Source of the DNA: Moniliella sp. 'wahieum'
Taxonomy: Eukaryota
Length of the DNA stretch: 64,000 bases
Assembly (NCBI GenBank): GCA_003971905.1
Contig: RSEE01000016.1
Coordinates: forward strand, 682,001 to 746,000
Direction of reading: 5' to 3'
Shown one piece after another: positions 53,864 to 64,000 of the stretch. Each line of letters begins with the position of its first letter. Within the stretch, counting starts at the first letter, position 1. The notes below the pieces were generated by a model. It saw only the letters and a list, made by a program, of their open reading frames with translations. It made no database searches and had not been told where the DNA came from. The translations under genes and the position numbers were made by a program.

Positions 53864-56153
53864 AGTGAGCAAGTAGGGGCGAGGGCGACTGGGGAGGGTG
53901 AGGCGAAGAAGGCGGCGGTGAGGGGTAAGAGGTGGCGGGGACGGAAGAAGGGAGCGCGCACGGAAGAGCGCAGTGCGTAGGCGAGCGCAGCCCGCAGGTC
54001 ACTCACTAGCACTGGGCTCAGCGAGCGCTCGGTCGGAGCATTGGGCTAAGATGAACGTGAACGTTCAACCTGAACTTGAACCGTTGTTCAGCCGCTGAGT
54101 CGCTGAGGCTCAGCCAGTGCGCAGCCTGAGGCGCTGCGCGCTGAGCAGCTGCGCACCAGCCACCCCAGCGCTGAGCAGCTCACCGGTCTCTATCATCGAC
54201 ACCCATCATAGTCGCTACTCACTGGTCGCCGCAGTCGGATTGCCGCAGCAAGCACGGCGATGACAGGGCACAGCAGGGCACAGCAGGCACAGCGGAGAGC
54301 ATCGCACCATGCATCATCCAATCCATGACACCATGGCCGCACAGGGGCCGTGTGCCGGGAACCAGGCGACGCTGCGCAATCGCAGCTGCGGGAAGCTGGG
54401 GAACGAGGAATGCTTAATCTGGAAAGAGTTGGGCGATTTCAATTTCAGTTGCCATGGCCGTAGCTGCTGACCAGCGCCGAGGCTCAGCGCTTAGGCTGAG
54501 CCCTGCTGAGGAGCATCAGCGGCTGACGCTTCCTAGGACCTGACCGGCTTAACAAGCGGAACCCCAGTCGTCCTGCGTGGCCTTCGCCCCGCAGACAGCG
54601 CCCGTGGCGCAGCAGCAGCGGCAGCTGAGGCTAAGTACGTCCACGTGGGTGCTTTCTCTCCAACACACGAGCGTGGCACCCTACTACAGGTCATCCCTTT
54701 GGCCATCTCGCCTTTGCCCAAACAACCGTGAGCGCCGGCACGAGAACTGAACGGCTTTCTTGGCAGTATTGTCTCTTAGTCCCTGGCGTCGCAAGTGCTG
54801 TTGCTAGCCTTGCTCTGGCTTGCGGGGAAACAGCTTAGCCTCTTGCAACTGAAACAGTGGCTCACTTCTTGGTCAAAGGGGGCTCGTGCCTCACCGTGCA
54901 CACTCATCAGGCCTTGAACCAACCCCAGCCTGCCCCTGCTGGCAGCAGTACTCTCTGCTCGTACCTCATTAAATCGCTCTTCGGTATCTCTACGGTGCTC
55001 CGATGCGCAGTAAGACAGACCGAGCTCGCAATATCTTCATCCTTCCTTCATTTCGTGTAACAGTTAATCGTGTGAACCCGTCCTTTCCATCGGAGTATCC
55101 TTCAACACTGGTATCAACTGATTAGATCCCATGGATCCATCTGCGATCACCTGGTCCGTTGTGCTCCCTTCTCATCGTCCATTGCCGCTGCGATGTCTCT
55201 TTCTCCATGTTTACAGGGGCACAGTGGTCGTCTCACCGACCCCCACGGCCCAGAATCCCAATACTTACTTGGAAAGTCTAAGTGCCACTGGCCAATTAGC
55301 TGGCCGATCTCGAAACCAAGAGAAGGAGAGTTTACCCGCCTCGAAGTCCAGCTAGGAAGGCATGAAGTGCACCTGTCCGATGTATGGCAACAGACAAGGG
55401 GGTTTCATCCACCGACATTATTGCCACACGAGTTGGGTATCTTACCTCTGGCAAAATATATGGCAAAACAAACCCGGAAAATGAGAGGAGCATCGTGTCC
55501 AGTGTAGCAATATGGCTGTCACTGATTCGGTCTCAAAAATTGCCTTATTCTGTTCTTTGTGGCGAACATATGCCGCATCGATGCAGCCACAAAACCCACA
55601 CCGATGATTAAGTGCTCTCTTCCCCACGACAGGTTCTTTGTCTTTTGGCCTCCGGAACGACCTTTCATGTGAACTCTCCCAGGCGAGTAGGTCTGTACAA
55701 GAACATTGATAGACATTCAGCGTCGTACTCACGCATATTGTCCCATGTCTTCCGTGCTACTCGCGGTCGAGTCGAATGCGCCCGAAAGGCTTGTGAATAA
55801 TACAAACCAACACGCAACTAATATATATGCTCGATGGTGCGGGCGGGTATGGAATGTAACGTATGCCTTTATCGGGTGGCGGGACCACGACCGACCTTGG
55901 GGCATCTTGGTAGGGAGTTTGGGCATGCCAACGAGTGGAGGGTTAAGTTGTGGACTGGTGGGGGGAAGCCGGGGGTAAATGGATACCTTTTGCACTCGGC
56001 ACCCTACTCCTCATTTAACCCCAATTCCGCCTCGGCGGAAAAACAGGGTGGGTGTGGCCTCGTCAGCGACTGCGAGTTGAGGAGGAGCTCCCATAACCCA
56101 CCACTGCACCTACACCAACACCCACCCCAACACCACTACCCCAGCTGCCCACA

Positions 56154-56836
56154 ATGAGTATTATGGAGTACAACGGCGGGTCGGTCATCGCAATGACCGG
56201 CAAGAACTGTGTCGCAATCGCCACCGACCTGCGTCTGGGCAATCAGGCCCTCCTCGTCAGCAACACCTTCCCCAAGGTCTTCAGTATCACCCAAGGCGTA
56301 TGTTGGTCTTCCCGGCCTCGCCTCCGACGTGGACACACTCAGGACACTATTCCGCCAGCGCACCAATCTCTACACCATGAAGGAGAACCGCGAGATTGAG
56401 CCCTACACCCTGGCCAAGCTCGTGAGTTCGACGCTGTACGAGCGCCGCTTTGGACCGTACTTTGTGGAGCCCGTCGTTGCCGGCTTGGACAAGGACAACA
56501 AGCCCTTCATCACCTCCATGGACTTGATTGGCAACATGACCTTGCCCAATGACTTTGCTGTGGCTGGCACAGCATCAGAAACCATGTTTGGTATGGCCGA
56601 GGGGCTGTGGGAACCCGATCTTCGCCCGACCAGCTGTTCGAGTCGATCTCCCAGACCATCATGGGTGCGCTGGAGCGCGACGCACTCTCCGGCTATGGTA
56701 TCTGGTGCGGGTCATGTACGTCCTCTCTCCTCCCCACCTCCGCCCTTCATCTAGGAATGCTTTGGGCTGACTTTTGAATTTGTGCAGTACGCCGGACAAG
56801 GTGATTGAGCGGACACTCAAGTCGCGGCAAGATTGA
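56154..56836 (+). CDS. PUP3: 20S proteasome subunit beta-3; frameshifts; intron near the 3' end
   Basis: [61 protein letters not shown], and a C-terminal ERTLKSRQD*. Confidence 0.95.
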
Positions 56837-56906
56837 ATTCTGTATTTTTCCTGGGGCACACAGCCATGCCATGAGTGTAGTCTGGTGTTTCTATAGCTGA
56901 AGCAAG

Positions 56907-59102
56907 CTAGATGGGAACTCGCATTCGTAGTTTAGGGCATGCATCGACCGAGGGTGAGGGGTGGCATAGGGTCAGAGACCTTGGAGGACGACAGGCCCTA
57001 AAAGGATCGCATCCACCTTGGACATGGGCTCGATCGACTGGGCGAGCCCTGTTCGTCCCGCGGCGGCACGCACAGCAATGCATTTGCCGTGGCCATGGAG
57101 TGCATCCCACTGCTTCGCTGTCCGCCCGTGGACGTGGCAACCAAGGTGCCCTGGCCGGTAGCCGCTACCACAGCACGGTGGAACTCGGGGCGTGGATCGG
57201 TAGGGAGGGGCGAAAGAGTGGTCACCTTAACCCGCGGCAGGGAGTAGAGGTTAGGCGAGAGGGCGGGGTCGGGCAAGCCATACAAGCGGGCCACACCAGC
57301 CTTAGCGGGAGGGATGCCGCACAACTTGCGCAAAGCCGGAAGAACCATGAGGTAATAACATACCAGTGCCGACGCTGGGTGCCTGGCAAGGTGAAAAAGT
57401 GGGTAGTCTTACCATTGGCCTGCTTGAGCGTCGCATATGCCGTCGGTTTGCCCGGCTTGACGTGAACGCGGCCAAAGTGGATGACCGCACCAAGTTCGCG
57501 TTCAAGCACAGGCTTCAGCACATCCGCTTGGCCCATCGAAGTCCCACCCGTGCTCAGCACCACCTCGGGTGCATTCGGCCCTGCCCGTGTCTTGAAGAAC
57601 TCTGTCACTTCCTCCGCTGTGTCGCCAACGATGCCCCAATCGGCTGTGGTGACGTGCAGTCCGCTTCCTTCGACCGCCGCACGAGAGAGGGACGGTTGGT
57701 ATCGAACACCCGGAAAGGCCCGTGGCTTGAGATTGGGTATGCACATCCACAATCTCATCGCCGGTGGAAAAGATGGAGACCAAAGGGGCAGGACGAACGC
57801 GCACTTCTTTGCGTCCTACAAAGGCTGCCGTCCCCACTTCCCCGCCCAAGGCGGAGACGACCGTACCAGTTTTCAGGACGATGCTAGACCTTTACATCCG
57901 AACCGGCCCCACGAACATGATCGCCCACCTTGCCTTGGATCAGCAACTCCACCTTCTCCCCCAAACCATCATGGGAACTCGCCAATATCGTCTTCCACTG
58001 GAACCACAGCGTCCGTGCCAGGCGGCAACGGTGGCCGGTATTCACTGCACAAACTCGGGGCTGACCAGGCACAATGGGTGCCGAAGCAGGGAGGATGGTG
58101 TAGGTACCCGCTGGAGTGGTGGCAGACTGTACGGCATAACCATCCATGTTGCTCGTTGGAGCAGGGGGCAAGTCTGTCGGGGCCACAATGTCCTCCGCCA
58201 AGACGCGTCCCACCAACGCGCGGCCCTACCGCCACTGCTTCGCTCCCACCAATGGCTCAACATTTGCGTCAATCTCGGCCAGCGCGGTGGTATCAAGGCT
58301 CACGACAGGCCAGGGACTGATGCGCTGTCGGTCCTGTGGCAAACGTGGATAGGCCGTCATAAACTCCCCTGCACGAGCTCCGGTGCCAGAATGGTCGCAC
58401 CACAGCGTGCCGGGTGACTGGTGCAGTGGAAAAGCCGGGCTGGGCGTCTGCACTTGCGCTTGCCGAGAGGGAGCGAGCCAAGCTCCCCTGCATCACACGG
58501 TGCTCGGCATCGACGGCAGGTCTCGCGTAGGAGTTTTAGCGCATGTGGAAGGACAGGAGGAGCGGTTCCAGCAGCCACGCCATGCACTCTCTCACTGCCT
58601 TGGGGCTTCCAGGGAGCATAATGATCAGTGTCGATTGGCTCGGTTGGCCTACAAGACGCTCCTGGGCCGCGGGACGGTCGAAGATCCCGCTCGTCCCACG
58701 ACTCAAGGCACCCAGGGGCGTGTGCATGCAGCGAAAGCGGCCATCAGACGTGGGACAGGCCCGGAGTAGGACGGTGGAGAGGGGGGGCGCGAGCGCTTCG
58801 GGAGTCACATCGCGCGCACCAAGGCCGGTGCCTCCGGTGGTAACAACGAGGTCAGCGCCGTCCTGTGCGTGGCGCAGCACGGCGGAACGAATGGCCAGAG
58901 GCTCGTCGGGGACAACCTCAATCTGGACGACGGAGATGTTGGCGGCAGCCAAGGCCTGGGCCAGGAGAGGCCCCGACACGTCTTCGGCCTGCTTGGCCGC
59001 GGCCGAATCGGATACTGGAACCCGACGTTAGAAGGGAGCAGTGGACATACACAGGGGGGGGAGCGTACCCGTGACAACAGCGGCAGAGAAGGGCGCAGCC
59101 AT
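56907..59102 (-). CDS. Gephyrin-like molybdenum cofactor biosynthesis protein (MogA-MoeA fusion, CnxE-type); frameshifts
   Basis: G domain: VVPDE..TTGGTGLGARDVTPEA, LPGSPKAVREC. E domain: GRVLAEDI..SNMDGYAV, PPGTDAVVPVED, FSTGDE, STGGTSMG, VKPGKPT, LPG, DPRPEFHR, STGGQRSS. Confidence 0.9.
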
Positions 59103-60852
59103 GGAGAAGAGTCGATAGCGGAGAATGACGAGAGGGGAGTGGAATTATTAGGCCTGTAAAGCAGAGCGTTGGGTATCGCCCAGCCGCCATCGTTGCTTTG
59201 GTAATGCCGCCTTGGTGTTTGCATCCGTCGTTCTCAATGTTGAAAAATACGGGCTGGGACCGTGCATGGCACGTTCTCATCCGCCTGTTGCATGTTACAC
59301 GCTACGGGCACGCACAATGGAAGACGACAACAAATAAGGGTACCCCCGTTTTACATTTGGACCCACACAGGGGAGCCCAAGGGTGGCTAGTCAGAGAAGG
59401 TCACTTCTGCCCTACAGGCGATAGCCAATAAGTCACTCCCCCGCGTCCAATCGAAGCATCGAGCTGCAGGTCGTATTCTGTCCGAATCCCAGCCGAGGAG
59501 AAAGGAAGTTTATCCATGACCGTGTCCTTGGCGGTCTCCACGCGTTCTTCCACTTGTAATCTTCGAGCAAATGTTCCGTTTGCGTTCTACGCCCGTCACC
59601 CGGGCAAGCCATGCCAGTGTCTTCGGCTGAGTCGGTGCGGGAATACAGTGTCAAGCAGTTTTGCCACAGGGAACAACCCCAGAAGAATGTGTAGGCTGCA
59701 GTGCTTACCCCACGCAAGATTAGCTCAGGGACAATCGTAGGGGTAACAAAGAGCTTCCCCTTGGGCTTGCTGAGGAAAGGGACAAGGAATAGATACGAAA
59801 GTCGGGCGAGAAAGCGGCCCTAAAGACTTGGTAGGACGGATGGCCAAGCGAAAGTACCCGTCACCCACAGCGGCTGGAATCGTACTGCATGGGTGGCCAC
59901 GGGCAGCAGTCCCACTACACTGCCTTTGCCCGGGATCGATGAGAACCCATTGGCCTCTTGCTGCTCAAGGAAGCTCGCGGCATGCGCCTGCCACTTTTCG
60001 CGGGAAGCGGGGGGAAAGTCGATTCGTGCACCACGCTCCTTGGAAGGACCAGTGGGTCGGTGGAGCCGGTTGGCTGCCCCGGTTCGTACGCCACGGCGGG
60101 GGTTACATCAGTGCCAGTACTGGTTGCGGCACCGAGCCATTTGGCCATCGTCCATCCCAGCAGACCCGAACGCCACCCACGCTGAACCAGGTCAATCTTG
60201 AGCTGTTCGTGTTGTTGGGCACGACGGCGGGCGGACTGACCTGAGCGCTGGACGGCGAAGATGGTGAGGGGAATGTGGGTATCGCTTCCGTGATAAAGAC
60301 CTAGGCGGGCAGTGTGTTGGAGAACAACAAAGTGCTTGGTGGCAACACTTTCGTCTCCGGCCATGCGCTGGATCATACTCAGCGCCAAGCGCGCCGGCGC
60401 GACACGGCCCGGCCCACACTGGGGTCATCATCAGGGAGATCAGCACGGAGGAGGGTGCGGAGGCGGTGCAAAAGAGGGGGCCACAATAGGCGTGCCTGTT
60501 CACCCCAATGTCAGCACCACCAGCCTAGTCGCCAGCCCACAAGGAAGGATGGTGTGGCAAGCGCAACGTCGCAGGCGATGGCCAGTGCGCTGCTCCTCTG
60601 GGAGGATGGCTGGACCAGCATCGCAGGGAATTCGCCCTGAGGCTGGCCTGAGGCGTGCGGGTGGGACATGCGAGGTCCGTGAGCAGGTCTGACGTCATCC
60701 GACGCCGCAGCATCTGTGCATCACTTACATGCGTATCATGCATCAGGAAGCATGAGACGGGAACACGGGGCACCGGCAACGGATGATGGATGATGGATGG
60801 GATGGATGAGATGGATGCTCGACATCGATGTGATCGATCTGATGATCGATGA

Positions 60853-63006
<2,154 letters not shown>

Positions 63007-63272
63007 CCGGGACCTTTATCCGCTCAACAATGCTATCTGCTCGGCTTGTTCCTGGACTGCACCAGAGAAGGAGGTGGAAGAGGGGGGGGGGGTCGCCGTT
63101 TTACATGGGCGCCCGAAGCGCTGCCATGGAACCGGAGGCTGCTTTACCGTGAGTGGTGGAGTGGCACGGATTTAGATATAGGTGGATCTGGCGTGGAGGG
63201 GGTACTAATGGAGGGCAATAGGATCTATTGAACGGATGACAATAGGAGGATTTGTCGATGACAACCTGCATT

Positions 63273-64000
63273 CTAGGCCAAGTGGCCCAGGCCAATCGTG
63301 TTCTTGGCGGCATTGGTGGCCAAGTACACATTCTTGAGAAAGGTGGCACCAACGAGCCATTGCTTGTCTGACCCACCTCCCGAGACGGCACTAACGCATC
63401 GCCCTGGAGGTCGGACTTGTTCACTGGCAACCAGGTTAAGTCTCGTGGGTCAATCGCAAAACTGGGTCCCTCCTATAGTAAGAGCAAGGGAGGCGGAAGT
63501 GGTGCAGGGAATGGTCCACCCCCCTGTCCGTCTGGGATGGAATCAGGGATGGCGTTGTGATACGCTTGGGCATCCGCCGTGGGCAAGATCATCAGACTGG
63601 TTCCCGTATCCAAGATGCCGTTCGCTGGGACAAGTTGAGGTCCGTGCCGTTGACACTGATCTGGTCCAGGGCCACTTCCCAAAAGCCCGTTTAGACTGAT
63701 GGCACCTCGACCAGCGATCCCTTGATCGAACTTCCATCCACGCCTCCAAAGGAGACAACCCCATCGTTTTCCTGTGGTCCATCGCGCGGTGCCTCGACGC
63801 GGCTACGGTACCCCATGATGGGAGAGGGCACCAGGCCAGCCGAGTGCAGGGCATCAATCGGGGTTGGAGCATCGTAGGTGCTAAGCTGTTGCCTGGCAAG
63901 ACCCATAAGGCCATCAAAGGGCACAGAGGGGTCGCTGAACTCGGTGCTGGTCTGGTTGGCCAGGGCAAAGGTAAAGTTTTGAAGATGCATGCCAGCAATG
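63273..64000 (-). CDS. Pepsin-family aspartic protease, C-terminal part (gene starts beyond the window)
   Basis: FALAN..FDGLMGLA, FGGVD, GILDTGTSL, WLVGATFLKNVY..IGLGHLA*. Confidence 0.88.

Noticed and set aside
54720..56000. Lower-GC stretch between ACT1 and PUP3 as a gene or TE remnant
   Set aside because: Only short ORFs with no motifs; no terminal repeats or TSD found by eye.
59800..60700. Possible minus-strand hypothetical gene (59915-60388)
   Set aside because: No family motif or clear start/splice structure, so support is insufficient.

Overview
Eukaryotic, GC-rich, intron-poor fungal DNA. Gene content, short GT..CTRAC..YAG introns and protein sequences suggest a basidiomycete, plausibly Ustilaginomycotina-like (inference). 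Almost every conserved gene carries single-base frameshifts, which points to an unpolished long-read assembly rather than pseudogenes. Recognisable genes, left to right: BNA6 (partial), a fatty-acid elongase divergent from a KR-KS-PPT-only FAS alpha subunit, GLN1, ROT1, a membrane protein, a mitochondrial-carrier-like protein, a coiled-coil protein, a Ser/Thr-rich single-pass protein, RPS24, a transporter-like protein, an FAD-binding dehydrogenase, a kinesin, an MPDU1-like protein, JIP5, actin, PUP3, a gephyrin-like Moco protein, a CHK1-like kinase and an aspartic protease (partial). The 14.5-kb interval between GLN1 and ROT1 has no recognisable host gene. It holds a young full-length Ty1/copia element (217/218-bp LTRs, CCAGA TSD, unusual PBS). 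It also holds the most unusual object in the window: a ~3.7-kb element (18481-22164) encoding a CRE-clade-like non-LTR reverse transcriptase plus restriction-like endonuclease. That ORF is enclosed by 300-380-bp terminal inverted repeats, each ending in a GC hairpin followed by CTAG/CTCG (Helitron-3'-end-like), with a candidate GAAT target duplication. A solo LTR with a GCTAT TSD lies at 25690-26053.
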